This document shows positions 47,784 through 58,223 of a stretch of 64,000 bases of DNA, one piece after another; position 1 is the stretch's first letter, and each line of letters starts with the position of its first letter. A program made the position numbers and the translations under genes. The notes below the pieces were generated by a model. That model was given only the letters and a program-made list of their open reading frames with translations. It was not told where the DNA came from and made no database searches. Source of the DNA: an uncultured delta proteobacterium (lineage in GTDB: Bacteria; Myxococcota; Myxococcia; Myxococcales; Myxococcaceae); NCBI GenBank assembly GCA_963776345.1, contig CAVZMH010000022.1:320001-384000 (forward strand). Direction: 5' to 3'.

Positions 47784-50700
47784 TCACGGCGTCACGGTCA
47801 CCGGCATCAGGTTGTCCTCCGGGAGGCGATCGATCAGCTCGTCGAGGGGGTCGATCCCGGCCCGCGCCGGAAGCCGGTCGGTCACCAGGGTGACAGTGGT
47901 CCGCGGGCCGTCGAGCTTCCGTGGCTCGAGCGCCAGCGCCTCTCCCTTGTCGTCCAGCACCCCCACTGGGATCCAGTCGTGCACCGGGACCTCGTGCTCC
48001 GTGCCCAGCGCGTCCGCCTGGACCTTCCGCGTTTCCAGCTCCAGCGTGACGTCGTACCGGCCGTCGCCGCGCTTCCTCGCCTGGGCGGAGACGACGCGGT
48101 TCTCGTAGAGAGTGATCTGCTCGAACTGGTCGGTGAGGTAGTACTGGAACCGCTCCGGTGTGTGCCGTCTGAGCGCCGCGAGCAGGACGCGCGAGGTGGG
48201 GTACGGGGGGCCGCGGTCGCCGTACTCCTCCACCACCTCCCGGAGCGCCCGGTTCACCGCGTCCTCGCCGATGAGGTCCTGGAGCGCGTACATCACCAGG
48301 CTCCCCTTGGAGTAGTGGATGTAGCCCTGGTCCTCCACCCGCAGCAGAGGGAGCTCCTTCTTCCGCTCCGCGCTGCGTCCCGAGAGGTAGCGATCCAGCT
48401 CGTAGCGCAGGAAGCGCCGCATGACCTGCGGCCCGTAGGCGTGCTTCATCACCATCAGCGAGGAGTACTGGGCCAGGGTCTCCACCAGCACCGTCATCCC
48501 CTGGGCGTCCGCGCTGAGCACCTGATGCCCCCACCAGTGGTGAGCGACCTCGTGGGCGGTGACGTAGAGCGGGTAGTCGATGGCGTCTGGCCGGCCCTTC
48601 TCCACCTCGGCGATGAAGCCGATGGACTCCGAGAAGGGGATGGTGCTGGAGAACGACTCGGCGAACGTCGCGTAGCCGGGGAACTCGACGATGCGGAGCA
48701 CCGGGTGCTTGTACGGCCCGAACGCCCGGGTGAAGTAGTCCAGCGAGTCCTTCATTCCGCGGCGCATGCTGGCCAGGTCGTAGGTGTGCTCCGGGTGGTG
48801 GGCGATCTCCAGCGCGACGCCGTTCCAGCGGTCGTGCTCCACCACGTAGCGGGCGGAGAGGAAGGCCAGGTAGTGGAAGATCGGCCGGTCCTCCACGAAG
48901 TGGAAGTAGCGGCGGCCTCCCTCGACCCACTCCCGCTCCAGCGAGCCCGGGGCGATGACCCGCTGATCCGCGCTGGTGCTGACCGTGGCCTCGAACTGGA
49001 TCCGGTCCGCGTCGTGGGTGATGTAGTTGTTGGCCGGGGCGGCCGGGTCGTCGAGGTCGAGCGCGCGCTCCCGGGGACCGAGACCGTGCTTGCGCCGCGC
49101 CTCGTCGTCCGACAGCTCCTTCTGGGGAAAGTAGCCGAGCCCGGGCAGGTACTCGCCGTCGATGAAGGTGCCGTTCTCCACGATGCGGGTGTCGCTCCCC
49201 TCGTTCTCGAATCCGGGGTTGGCGTAGGTGAGGTGGTAGGCGAGCTCGGTCGTCGCGCCCGGGGCGAGCGGCCGGGGCAACCGGAAGGCGTGCAGGCCGG
49301 CCTCCCGGTCGGAGACCAGCTGCTCCTGTCCGCCCGGGAAGCTCAGGGCCCGGATGGTGGCTCGCGGGTTCAGGCGAACCACGAGCTCGTCGATCGGCTG
49401 TCCGGTGCGGTTGGTCAGCGTGTCCACCCCGTCGATCTCCACCCGCCGCTCGGCCGGGAAGATGTCCACCCGGGTCTTCACCGCCGTGACGCGGGGCTGG
49501 GGAAGGGCGCCGAAGCGCTGCTTGTAGCGCCGCTCGTACTGCGCCTGGGCTTCCTCGCGCGAGGAGCGGGTCTGGTACTCGTTGCGGAGGTTGGTGTTCC
49601 AGAAGATGAAGGCGCCCGAGCCCACGGCGATGGCGAGCGCCGCCCCGAGCACGGTCGCGGTCCTCCGGTCGAGGCGGGCGCGCGCCTGCTGCCAGCGCTC
49701 ACGGAAGGTCTGCGGCGTGCCCCGGACCCAGAAGAGGGACGCCGCCACGGCGAGCGCCAGGGCGATGGCAACCCAGTAGAGCTCGAACCAGAAGAGCGGA
49801 GCGACGAAGTGCCCGTACCCGTTCATGTCCGAGTAGGGGTGCGCGGGGACGCTGGCGTAGCGGAGCAGGTGGTGCTCCACGCCCAGCACCGGGAGGAGCA
49901 GCGAGAGCGCCAGGAAGGCCACCATGGCGAAGTGGCCCAGGTACTTCTGGTCGACCAGCACGTGCACCAGCACCGCCAGCGAGCAGAGGCAGGCGAAGAG
50001 GACGAAGGAGATCCCGTACAGCGAGCGGAGGTAGAGCCCGAGCTCGAAGTGGAAGAAGCCCTTGGCGGCCTGGATGGTGACGCCCGCCGCGACGACCACC
50101 AGGAGGAGCAGACCCACGATCGCCACCAGCGCGGCGAGCTTCGAGGCCACCACCGCCGAGCGGGGGGTGGGGAGCGCGTCGTAGATCTGCCCCATTCCGG
50201 CGTCGCGCTCCCGCCACACCAGCTCCCCGGCGTAGAGCGTGAGCACCACCAGGATGAAGATGGCGAACGAGCCGGCCACGATGGAGAGCACCTGGCGGGT
50301 CACCGGGTAGGTCGGCGTGCCGTACAGCTTGCCGATGTCCGGAGCCGTGGAGGCGATGAACAGCACGCCCGCCAGGACGATGACCCCGAAGAAGACGCTC
50401 TTCACCGTCTCGCGGAGCTGCAGCCCCACCAGCGCCCGGAACACCCCCCGGGTCGCCCGGGGCGAGAAGTCGAGCCGGGCGCGGGGGATGCTCGGCGGGG
50501 CGCCGCGCTGCTCGGGCTCCTCCACCGCCGGTCGCGACGCGGGCGCGCTGGCGATCGAGAAGGAGAACCGCCGGTAGGTGAAGGCGAGGAGCGACAGCGC
50601 CACGCCGGTCCAGAGCAGGCGGTTCCAGAGGAAGTCCCCCCGCAGCCCGAGGAGCCGGGTGTTCTTCTCGGCGATGGACCAGTAGTGGGTCACGCTGTCG

Positions 50701-51365
50701 ATGGCCATGAGCCCGAACGGATCCACCAGCGCCGCCACGGTCCGCCGCTCGACGTCGCCGGTCAGGTTGACCCCGATGAGGTAGCCGAGCAGCGCCACCA
50801 CCGCGCCCACGTAAACCGGGAGCATGCGCCGGGTGAGCACGGCCAGGGCGAAGAAGACCGAGGCCATCAGCAGGATGTCGGGGATGAGCACCAGGAGGTA
50901 CGGGACCGCGTAGGCCGCGAGCCGCTGGGGGCCCACCCGCGAGGCCGGCATCCAGGGGAGGATCGAGGCGAGCCACGCCCCGAGCCCGATACCCAGGGAC
51001 AGGACCAGCATCACCCCGAGCGCGCCGAGGAAGCGGCCGCCCAGGTACTCGGCCCGGGTGATGGGGCGGGTGAAGAGCAGCGGGGTGGTGTTGGCGTCGA
51101 TGTCCTGGTGGGTGGCGCGGCCGGCGATCGCGGCGTTGACCACCACGGTGAAGCTGGCGATCAGCGTCATCAGCATCGCCAGCGACCAGGGCGAGTTGAT
51201 GTTCACCTTGCCGCCGGTCCCGAAGTCGACGGTGGATCCGGGGATGGCCCCGCCCGCGGCGAGGATGAAGAACGCGGCGAGGACCAGGAAGACCGCGAAG
51301 TAGACGTAGGTCGAGATCCTCCGCAGCCGCTGGTGGAGCTCGAAGCCGGCGATCGCCAGGAGCAT
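47784..51365 (-). CDS. ABC-2 permease fused to M1 aminopeptidase domain
   Basis: About 12 TM N-half; FAESFSSTIPFSE, AHEVAHHWWGHQV, ETLAQYS, YIHYSKG. Confidence 0.9.
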   Translation of the reverse strand: MLLAIAGFELHQRLRRISTYVYFAVFLVLAAFFILAAGGAIPGSTVDFGTGGKVNINSPWSLAMLMTLIASFTVVVNAAIAGRATHQDIDANTTPLLFTRPITRAEYLGGRFLGALGVMLVLSLGIGLGAWLASILPWMPASRVGPQRLAAYAVPYLLVLIPDILLMASVFFALAVLTRRMLPVYVGAVVALLGYLIGVNLTGDVERRTVAALVDPFGLMAIDSVTHYWSIAEKNTRLLGLRGDFLWNRLLWTGVALSLLAFTYRRFSFSIASAPASRPAVEEPEQRGAPPSIPRARLDFSPRATRGVFRALVGLQLRETVKSVFFGVIVLAGVLFIASTAPDIGKLYGTPTYPVTRQVLSIVAGSFAIFILVVLTLYAGELVWRERDAGMGQIYDALPTPRSAVVASKLAALVAIVGLLLLVVVAAGVTIQAAKGFFHFELGLYLRSLYGISFVLFACLCSLAVLVHVLVDQKYLGHFAMVAFLALSLLLPVLGVEHHLLRYASVPAHPYSDMNGYGHFVAPLFWFELYWVAIALALAVAASLFWVRGTPQTFRERWQQARARLDRRTATVLGAALAIAVGSGAFIFWNTNLRNEYQTRSSREEAQAQYERRYKQRFGALPQPRVTAVKTRVDIFPAERRVEIDGVDTLTNRTGQPIDELVVRLNPRATIRALSFPGGQEQLVSDREAGLHAFRLPRPLAPGATTELAYHLTYANPGFENEGSDTRIVENGTFIDGEYLPGLGYFPQKELSDDEARRKHGLGPRERALDLDDPAAPANNYITHDADRIQFEATVSTSADQRVIAPGSLEREWVEGGRRYFHFVEDRPIFHYLAFLSARYVVEHDRWNGVALEIAHHPEHTYDLASMRRGMKDSLDYFTRAFGPYKHPVLRIVEFPGYATFAESFSSTIPFSESIGFIAEVEKGRPDAIDYPLYVTAHEVAHHWWGHQVLSADAQGMTVLVETLAQYSSLMVMKHAYGPQVMRRFLRYELDRYLSGRSAERKKELPLLRVEDQGYIHYSKGSLVMYALQDLIGEDAVNRALREVVEEYGDRGPPYPTSRVLLAALRRHTPERFQYYLTDQFEQITLYENRVVSAQARKRGDGRYDVTLELETRKVQADALGTEHEVPVHDWIPVGVLDDKGEALALEPRKLDGPRTTVTLVTDRLPARAGIDPLDELIDRLPEDNLMPVTVTP

Positions 51366-52256
51366 TCAGGCCGCCCTGGAGCGTGCGTCCGCCCCGCGTC
51401 GGACGGCGAAGTACACGTCCTCCAGCTCCGGCTCCGCCGGCCCGAAGCCGGGACCGGGCGCACCGTCGGCGAGGACGCGGACCCGCGTCCGTCCGCCCAC
51501 CAGCCGGGTGGAGATGAGCTGGAGCGACTCGCCCAGACGCGCCACCTCGGACTTCTCCACCGTGCGCTCCCACAGTCGTCCGCGCAGTCCGGCGATGGCC
51601 TCCGCGGGTTGCTGGACCAGCCGGAGCTCGCCCTGGTGCATGATCGCCATCCGGCTGCAGAGGTCGGCGACGTCGCTCACGATGTGGGTCGAGAGCAGGA
51701 CGATGACGCTCTCGCTGATCTCCGAGAGCAGGTCGTGGAAACGCACCCGCTCCTCGGGGTCGAGCCCGGCGGTGGGCTCGTCGACGATGAGCAGCCGGGG
51801 TTCCCCGATGAGCGCCTGGGCGATGCCGAAGCGCTGCTTCATCCCGCCGGAGAACGTGCCCAGCGCCCGGTGGCGCGCGTCCCAGAGGTTGGTCCGGTGG
51901 AGGAGCGCCTCCACCGTCGCGCGCCGGAGCGCACGGTCGGCGAGCCCCTTCAGCCGGGCGAGGTGGTCGAGCAGGTCGATGGCCTTCACCTTCGGGTAGA
52001 CCCCGAACTCCTGGGGCAGGTACCCCAGGAGCTTCCGCACCGAGTGCTTGTCCCGGAGCAGGTCGAGGTCGCCGAGGCGAGCCGACCCGGTGTCGGGGTC
52101 CTGCAGCGTGGCCAGGGTGCGCATCAGCGTCGACTTGCCCGCGCCGTTGGGCCCTAGCAGGCCGAACATCCCCGGACCGACGGTGAGGGTGACGTCCCGG
52201 AGCGCCTGGACTCCGTTGGGGTACCTCTTGGAGAGGTTCTCGATGACGAGGTTCAT
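51366..52256 (-). CDS. ABC transporter ATP-binding protein
   Basis: GPNGAGKS, FSGGMKQR, VDEPTAGLD, STH. Confidence 0.95.
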   Translation of the reverse strand: MNLVIENLSKRYPNGVQALRDVTLTVGPGMFGLLGPNGAGKSTLMRTLATLQDPDTGSARLGDLDLLRDKHSVRKLLGYLPQEFGVYPKVKAIDLLDHLARLKGLADRALRRATVEALLHRTNLWDARHRALGTFSGGMKQRFGIAQALIGEPRLLIVDEPTAGLDPEERVRFHDLLSEISESVIVLLSTHIVSDVADLCSRMAIMHQGELRLVQQPAEAIAGLRGRLWERTVEKSEVARLGESLQLISTRLVGGRTRVRVLADGAPGPGFGPAEPELEDVYFAVRRGADARSRAA

Positions 52257-52359
52257 CCGGCGGAGGACGCCAGACCGCCTGCTCCATTGCCAGCCATCCC
52301 CGTGGTGATCGTCGGGAAGTCGGGAGCCTTCCGGGGGGCCGGGAGGCCCGACTGCAGCG

Positions 52360-53418
52360 TCAGCGGAACCGGAACCCGAGCACCCGCCCGTCGGACGCGA
52401 GCACCCAGGCCACGTTGCCGTGCACCAGCGGCCGGGTGCGGAGCGCGCTGTCCACCCGCGCCGTCGCCGGCGAGCCGGGGCGGGCGAGGTCGATGGCCAG
52501 GAGCCGTCCCTCGCGCCCGGCCGTCGGGACGAGCACCCGGTCCTGCCACTCGGCCACGCCGCCCAGGAGGGGCGCCGGGAGCGACGCGCGCCAGGGCGGC
52601 TGCTCGCCGCGCGCATCGATGCCCAGGAGCGAGTGGTCCTCGAGCCCGACCCAGACCCGGCCCAGCGCGACCGTGGGCGGCGAGACGATGCGCTGGCCCA
52701 CCGGCACCACCCGCCGCTGCGCGCCTGTCCGCAGGTCCAGCACCAGGAGCCGGCCGGCCTGCTCGGCGGTCCAGAGCCGGTCGCCGTCGAGCACCGCCCC
52801 GGTGGCCTCGCGCACCGGCGCCTTCCAGCGGAGCGAACCGTCGTCGCCGGAGAGCAGCAGCAGCGCGGCAGGCCCGATGGCCAGCACGCCTCCCTCGAGC
52901 GCGACCAGCCCCCGGGGAGGAGCGCGGGGGCGTACGCCGAGCGAGGCGTTCCACCCTCGCCGGAGCGGCATGCCACCGCCGCGTGCCGGGAACGAGCGCA
53001 GCTCGCCCTCACGTCCGAGCAGCAGGAGCCGCGTCCCGACCGCGGCGAGCGCCGCCACCGCCGGTTGCTCGCCCGCCCGCCAGCGCTCGTGCCCGGTGTC
53101 GGCGTCGAGCGCCACCAGCGTGTCCCCGCCGGTCACCGCTCCCACCACGCCGTCGTCGGTGACCACCAGCGGGAGCTCGATCTCTCCGCCGGTCTCCACC
53201 GTCCACAGCGCCCGGCCGGCGGCGTCGAGGCGGATGACCCGGCCGGCGTCGTTGCCGAAGACCGCGCCGTCGCCGAGCGGGGTGAGCCCGGTGCGGCTCG
53301 GAGCGTCGCCCGAGGCGGTGAACACCGGCAGGAGCGGCGAGCTGCACGCTCCAAGCAGGAGGGCGGCGAGGACGACCAGGGAGCGGGCGGCCGGCGCTGG
53401 CGGAGCCACTGCCGCCAC
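52360..53418 (-). CDS. PQQ-like beta-propeller lipoprotein (BamB-like)
   Basis: LLGAC lipobox; repeated ALDADTGHERW-type blades. Confidence 0.75.
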   Translation of the reverse strand: MAAVAPPAPAARSLVVLAALLLGACSSPLLPVFTASGDAPSRTGLTPLGDGAVFGNDAGRVIRLDAAGRALWTVETGGEIELPLVVTDDGVVGAVTGGDTLVALDADTGHERWRAGEQPAVAALAAVGTRLLLLGREGELRSFPARGGGMPLRRGWNASLGVRPRAPPRGLVALEGGVLAIGPAALLLLSGDDGSLRWKAPVREATGAVLDGDRLWTAEQAGRLLVLDLRTGAQRRVVPVGQRIVSPPTVALGRVWVGLEDHSLLGIDARGEQPPWRASLPAPLLGGVAEWQDRVLVPTAGREGRLLAIDLARPGSPATARVDSALRTRPLVHGNVAWVLASDGRVLGFRFR

Positions 53419-53434
53419 GCTAGACCAGAAGGCG

Positions 53435-53656
53435 ATGAGTGGCCGCGGTCCAGGACTGACGCTGATGATTCTGGGGGTGGGCCTGATCGTGGCCGGGCTC
53501 CTGGTCTGGTCCGGGGGCCTGTCCTGGTTCGGGCGGCTGCCGGGTGACGTGCGCTGGGAGGGCGACCACTCCCGCGTGTACCTGCCGATCGTCTCGATGA
53601 TCCTGGTCTCGCTGGCGCTCTCGGTGCTGGCGTGGATCTTCCGCGGCCAGCGCTAG
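53435..53656 (+). CDS. DUF2905 family small membrane protein
   Basis: WFGRLPGD...VYLPIVSMILVSL signature. Confidence 0.85.
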   Translation: MSGRGPGLTLMILGVGLIVAGLLVWSGGLSWFGRLPGDVRWEGDHSRVYLPIVSMILVSLALSVLAWIFRGQR

Positions 53657-53671
53657 CAGCCGCCCTGGGGC

Positions 53672-54901
53672 TCAGGCCACCTTCATCCCCTTGGGAATCA
53701 CCACCACGCCCCCGGAGGTGACGTGGAAGCGCCGGCGGTCCTCGGCCTCGTCGTAGCCGATGGTCATCCCCGCGGGGATCTCCACGTTCTTGTCCACGAC
53801 CGCGCGCCGGATGCGGCAGCGCCGTCCGACGGTGACGTTCTCGAAGAGGATGCTCTCGCTCACCTCGGAGAACGAGTTGATGCGCACCTTGGGGCTGAGC
53901 ACGCTCCGGTGCACGTGGCCGCCGGAGATGATGCAGCCGTCGCAGACCAGGCTGTCGGTGGCGTAGCCGACGCGCTCGTTCTCCTCGTCGTTGAAGACGA
54001 ACTTCGCCGGCGGGTACGAGCGGTTCTGGGTGTAGATGGGCCAGCGGTCGTTGTAGAGGTTGAACACCGGGTCCACCCCCACCAGGTCCAGGTTGGCCTG
54101 GTAGTAGACGTCGATGTTCCCCACGTCGCGCCAGTAGCCGCGCTCCTTGGGCTCCTGGCCGGGGTAGCTGTTCTGCGCGAAGTCGTACACGAAGACGCGC
54201 GAGTGCCTGTACAGCTCGCTGATGATGCTCTTGCCGAAGTCGTGTGCGCTCCGGTCGTTGGCCGCGTCGCGGACGACCTCCTGCACCAGCGTCTCGGTCT
54301 CGAAGAGGTAGTTGCCCATCGAGGCCAGGCACATCCGGGGATTCCCGGGCATGGGCGGGGGGTGCTTCGGCTTTTCTAAGAAACCCTGCATCCGGCCGTC
54401 GGGCGCCACGTCGATGATGCCGAAGTCCCGGCCCTCCTCGATGGGCACCGGGATGGCGGCCACGGTGCAGTCCGCCTTCTGCGTCAGGTGGTACTCGAGC
54501 ATCCTCGACACGTCCATCCGGTAGACGTGGTCCGCGCCGAAGACGAAGATCTCATCCGGCTCCTCGTCGGTGATGAGGTTCAGGTTCTGGTAGATGGCGT
54601 CCGCGCTGCCCTTGTACCAGTCGAGCCCGGTCCGCATCTGCGCCGGCACCACGTCGACGAACTGGCCCAGGAAGCTGCTCAGCCGCCAGGCCCTCGAGAG
54701 GTGGTTGTTGAGCGAGTCGGACTTGTACTGGGTGAGCACCTTCATCTTCAGCACACCCGAGTTGGCGAAGTTCGACAGGCAGAAGTCGATGATCCGGTAG
54801 CGGCCGCCGAAGGGGACCGCCGGCTTGGCCCGCTCGCGGGTGAGCGGCTCGAGCCGGGTTCCGGCGCCCCCGGCCAGGATCATCGCCAGCGTCTTGCCCA
54901 T
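53672..54901 (-). CDS. glgC: Glucose-1-phosphate adenylyltransferase (start may be 54913)
   Basis: [49 protein letters not shown]. Confidence 0.97.
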   Translation of the reverse strand: MGKTLAMILAGGAGTRLEPLTRERAKPAVPFGGRYRIIDFCLSNFANSGVLKMKVLTQYKSDSLNNHLSRAWRLSSFLGQFVDVVPAQMRTGLDWYKGSADAIYQNLNLITDEEPDEIFVFGADHVYRMDVSRMLEYHLTQKADCTVAAIPVPIEEGRDFGIIDVAPDGRMQGFLEKPKHPPPMPGNPRMCLASMGNYLFETETLVQEVVRDAANDRSAHDFGKSIISELYRHSRVFVYDFAQNSYPGQEPKERGYWRDVGNIDVYYQANLDLVGVDPVFNLYNDRWPIYTQNRSYPPAKFVFNDEENERVGYATDSLVCDGCIISGGHVHRSVLSPKVRINSFSEVSESILFENVTVGRRCRIRRAVVDKNVEIPAGMTIGYDEAEDRRRFHVTSGGVVVIPKGMKVA

Positions 54902-55026
54902 CGCTCGTCCCATTTAGACACGGGAGCACACGGTGTCGAGGAGGGGGCCGGATGTGACGCCCCCGGGGATCGACCCTTCGGTCCGTGGCGGTCCGGCGAC
55001 CGCTTTGCCTAGAGTCCCCGGCCGCC

Positions 55027-55668
55027 ATGGACGTGCCCCAGCCTGAACCGGCCCCCGGAACCCTGAGCCGCCGGTCCGTCATCAAGCGCGGCCTGCTCGG
55101 GGGCGCCTTGCTCGCCGCGGGGGGCGCCGGCTTCCTCGCGCTCCGGGGCGGCGCCCTGGTGCCCCTTCCGCCCGACGGGCTCCTGGTCTTCACCCCGTCC
55201 CAGTTCGCGGTGCTCGACGCGGTGGCCCGGCGCATGGTGCGGCCCCGCACCGGTTGGCCGACGGTGGACCAGATCGGGGTGGCCCGGGCGGCGGACCGCA
55301 TCGCGGCGCGGGTCGAGCCGAGCGCGCAGAAGGAGCTGCGCCAGCTCCTCGGCCTGTTCGAGAACGGGCTCGCCGGGTTCCTCTTCGGCGGCCGCACCCG
55401 GCCCTTCACCCGCCTGGAGGGTGAGGATCAGGACCGCGTCCTCGCCGAGTGGCGGGACAGCCGGCTGGCCGTGCGGCGCACCGGCCACGCCGCGCTGCGC
55501 ACCCTGGTGCTCGCCGGTTACTACCAGTCGCCGAGCATCTGGCCCGCGGTGGGCTACTCGGGGCCGCCGGGCATCTTCGCCGACGCGGCCTCCCAGCCCG
55601 AGTGGCGGGGCGGGGACCAGCCCCGCCCCGACGGCAACGGCGTCTGGCACGGGGAGGCGCTGCCATGA
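55027..55668 (+). CDS. Gluconate 2-dehydrogenase subunit 3-like partner with Tat-like signal
   Basis: SRRSVIK twin-Arg + hydrophobic stretch; PFTRL, YY...WPAVGYSGP; ATGA overlap with GMC gene. Confidence 0.75.
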   Translation: MDVPQPEPAPGTLSRRSVIKRGLLGGALLAAGGAGFLALRGGALVPLPPDGLLVFTPSQFAVLDAVARRMVRPRTGWPTVDQIGVARAADRIAARVEPSAQKELRQLLGLFENGLAGFLFGGRTRPFTRLEGEDQDRVLAEWRDSRLAVRRTGHAALRTLVLAGYYQSPSIWPAVGYSGPPGIFADAASQPEWRGGDQPRPDGNGVWHGEALP

Positions 55669-57224
55669 GCGCGCCCGGGCGAATCCTGACCGGCCGCGAC
55701 CACCCCGTGAACACCACCCTGCACTGTGACGTGGTGGTGGTGGGCTCGGGGGCCGGCGGCTCGGTTCTCGCCGAGCGGCTCACCGCGCGCGGCCTCGAGG
55801 TCATCCTGCTGGAGGAGGGCGGGTACTGGACGCGCCACAGCTTCGACGGGCGCGAGGACCACTCGTACCCGCGGCTGTACCAGGAGATGGGCAACCGGGC
55901 GACCGACGACCAATCGGTGCTCATCCTCCAGGGCCGGAGCGTGGGCGGCGGCACCACCGTGAACTGGTGCACCTCGTTCCGCACCCCGCGCGAGGTGCTC
56001 GAGCGCTGGCGCGACCAGCACGGGGTGAAGGGGCTCACCGAGGAGGCGCTGGTCCCCCACTGGGAGGCCATCGAGAAGCGGCTCCACATCGCGGAGTGGC
56101 CGCTGGAGCGGATGAACGCCAACAACCGCGTGCTCTGGGACGGGTGCGGAAAGCTCGGGTACGCGCGCGGGCTGGTCCGGCGCAACGTGAACAACTGCGC
56201 CGACCTCGGCTACTGCGGCCTGGGCTGTCCGCTCGACGCCAAGATGTCGATGCTGGTGACGCTCATCCCCGACGCGGTGGAGAAGGGGCTGACGGTGCAG
56301 GCCAACGCCTCCGTCCGCCGGATCCTCCTGGGGAGCCGGCGGGTGGGCGGCGTCGAGGCGATGCTGCTCGACCCCGAGACGGACCGGCCGACGGGCGTCA
56401 CCCTCACGGTGAAGGCGAAGACGGTGGCGGTGTGCGGCGGGGCCATCAACTCGCCGGCGCTGCTGCTCCGGTCGGAGCTCGACGGCAACGGGAACGTGGG
56501 GAAGCGTTTCTTCCTCCACCCGGTGGTCATCATGAGCGCGCTGATGCCCGAGCCGGTGGTGCCCTGGAGCGGCGCGCCGCAGGCGGCCTACTCGCGGCAC
56601 TTCAGCGAGCGCGGTGCGGGCAAGGTGGGTTTCCTGCTCGAGGTCCCGCCGATCATGCCGCTCATCGCGGCGACGGTGTTCCCCGGCATCGGCGAGCAGC
56701 ACCAGGCGCTGATGGAGCAGCTCGCGTACATCCAGAGCACCATCGCCATCTGCCACGACGGGTTTCTCCCGGACGACGTGGGCGGGACGGTGAAGCTCCG
56801 GGACCCCCAGGAACGGCGGGTCTCCATCGACTACCCGCTCCGGCCGTTCCACTTCGAGGCCTTCCGCGCGGCGTGCAAGGAGATGGCCCGCATCCAGTTC
56901 GCGGCGGGGGCCCGAGAGGTGCGCTCGCTCCATTCGGCCCCGGTGCGGATCCAGAAGGCGGCGGACATCGACGCCGCGCTCGACGCCGCCCCCTGGGAGC
57001 CGGGCCGGGTGCGAGTGGCCACCGCGCACCAGATGGGTGGCTGCGCGATGGGCGGGGACCCGCGGACGTCGGTGGTGGACAGCACGCTCCGCTACCACGG
57101 GCTGGACAACCTCTTCGTGGTGGACGGCTCGGTGTTTCCGACGTCGCTGGGGGTCAACCCCCAGGAGACCATCTTCGGGCTCGCCCGCTGGGCGAGCCAG
57201 TTCGTCGCCGCGGCGACCGCCTGA
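55665..57224 (+). CDS. GMC family oxidoreductase (long-chain alcohol oxidase-like)
   Basis: VVVGSGAGG, VGGGTTVNW, C..LGYCGLGCP, AHQMGGC.MG, VDGSVFPTSLGVNPQ. Confidence 0.9.
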   Translation: MSAPGRILTGRDHPVNTTLHCDVVVVGSGAGGSVLAERLTARGLEVILLEEGGYWTRHSFDGREDHSYPRLYQEMGNRATDDQSVLILQGRSVGGGTTVNWCTSFRTPREVLERWRDQHGVKGLTEEALVPHWEAIEKRLHIAEWPLERMNANNRVLWDGCGKLGYARGLVRRNVNNCADLGYCGLGCPLDAKMSMLVTLIPDAVEKGLTVQANASVRRILLGSRRVGGVEAMLLDPETDRPTGVTLTVKAKTVAVCGGAINSPALLLRSELDGNGNVGKRFFLHPVVIMSALMPEPVVPWSGAPQAAYSRHFSERGAGKVGFLLEVPPIMPLIAATVFPGIGEQHQALMEQLAYIQSTIAICHDGFLPDDVGGTVKLRDPQERRVSIDYPLRPFHFEAFRAACKEMARIQFAAGAREVRSLHSAPVRIQKAADIDAALDAAPWEPGRVRVATAHQMGGCAMGGDPRTSVVDSTLRYHGLDNLFVVDGSVFPTSLGVNPQETIFGLARWASQFVAAATA

Positions 57225-57238
57225 GCCCTGGATAAGGA

Positions 57239-57280
57239 CCGAGGCCCGGGAGCGGTCGCGGTCGCTCCGCCGGGCCTCGG
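57239..57280. terminator. GC-rich hairpin between convergent genes
   Basis: ccgaggcccgg...ccgggcctcgg inverted repeat just after the GMC stop. Confidence 0.55.
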
Positions 57281-57422
57281 GTTCGGCCGTCGCCGGCCGC
57301 TCTTCTCAAGAAATGGGGTCCCGGAGTCGCGGCGGTCTCCCCACGAGTCAGAGCGCAGGAGGGGCCCATGCGCTCGAATCCGCCACGCCCCCGGGAGTCC
57401 CCCCGAGGTTCCCGCTCTCCGT

Positions 57423-57599
57423 TCAGGCCCTCGGTCCGCCCACCTGGGCGGTGTGGTTGGAGTAGTTGTCGATCAGCGCGGCGCTCGCGCCCACGTAGCC
57501 GGCGACCAGCAGCGCGCCGCTGAGGATGAAGGGGATGGGGCTCCACCGGCGGGCGGAGCGGAACAGCTGGGGATTGGGGTTGGTGGTCTCGGGCTTCAT
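57423..57599 (-). CDS. Small single-TM protein A (58 aa)
   Basis: GGAGG RBS; MKPETTNPNPQLFRSARRWSPIPFILSGALLVAGYVGASAALIDNYSNHTAQVGGPRA. Confidence 0.8.
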   Translation of the reverse strand: MKPETTNPNPQLFRSARRWSPIPFILSGALLVAGYVGASAALIDNYSNHTAQVGGPRA

Positions 57600-57637
57600 G
57601 GCGTCCTCCGTCAGGTGTCTCGATGAGGCTGGGACAT

Positions 57638-57653
57638 TGCACCGGCGGTGCCA
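57638..57653 (-). promoter_or_regulatory. sigma54 -24/-12 promoter of protein A
   Basis: TGGCACCGCCGGTGCA (GG-N10-GC), about 40 nt upstream of ATG. Confidence 0.8.
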
Positions 57654-57750
57654 GCCCGGCTCGACCCCGCCGGCCCCGGAGTTCCGGGCGGTTGTCGGCT
57701 CCCCGGTCGTGCAGGGCATTGCGCAGCGTGTGACAAGGCTCCGCCCGGAT

Positions 57751-57791
57751 GTCGCGTCCGGTGCAACGTGCCCGTTTGCGGGACGGGCGGT
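57751..57791. promoter_or_regulatory. Putative enhancer (UAS) pair upstream of A
   Basis: GTCGC-N7-GCAAC (57751-57767) and TTTGC-N7-GCGGT (57775-57791). Confidence 0.55.
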
Positions 57792-57880
57792 GTGCGCATC
57801 CGGCCCGCTCGCGGAAAGCACGACGGCCCGGGACGTCCATCGTCCCGGGCCGCCGGGTGTTGCCTGCCGCCGCCTCGCGC

Positions 57881-58045
57881 TCAGGCGATCTGGTCGACGC
57901 TCGAGGGGACCACCGAGTAGTCGCGGATCATCACCGCGGCGCCACAGAAGTACCCGAGCACCACGAGGATTCCCACGAGGAGCCCATGCGAGCGACGGCG
58001 AGAGGTCTGGAAGATGTTGGAAACGGACTCGGTCTGGGGACTCAT
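57881..58045 (-). CDS. Small single-TM protein B (54 aa)
   Basis: GGAGGAG RBS; MSPQTESVSNIFQTSRRRSHGLLVGILVVLGYFCGAAVMIRDYSVVPSSVDQIA. Confidence 0.8.
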   Translation of the reverse strand: MSPQTESVSNIFQTSRRRSHGLLVGILVVLGYFCGAAVMIRDYSVVPSSVDQIA

Positions 58046-58087
58046 CGTCATCTCTCCTCCGGCGGCATGCCGGCGCCGCGCTGCCTG

Positions 58088-58103
58088 TGCAGCGCTCGTG
58101 CCG
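58088..58103 (-). promoter_or_regulatory. sigma54 -24/-12 promoter of protein B
   Basis: CGGCACGAGCGCTGCA (GG-N10-GC), about 43 nt upstream of ATG. Confidence 0.75.
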
Positions 58104-58147
58104 GGCGCGGCGCGGCGTGGTTGCGGGCGCTTACGGGCTGAGCGCAC

Positions 58148-58205
58148 ACCGCCACCCGTGCAACCGCGGTCACGCCTGTGCCGTGGATGGTGCGTCCGGC
58201 GCAAC
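58148..58205. promoter_or_regulatory. Putative enhancer (UAS) pair upstream of B
   Basis: ACCGC-N7-GCAAC (58148-58164) and GGTGC-N7-GCAAC (58189-58205). Confidence 0.55.
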
Positions 58206-58223
58206 GGCGCCGGCCCGCTCGGG

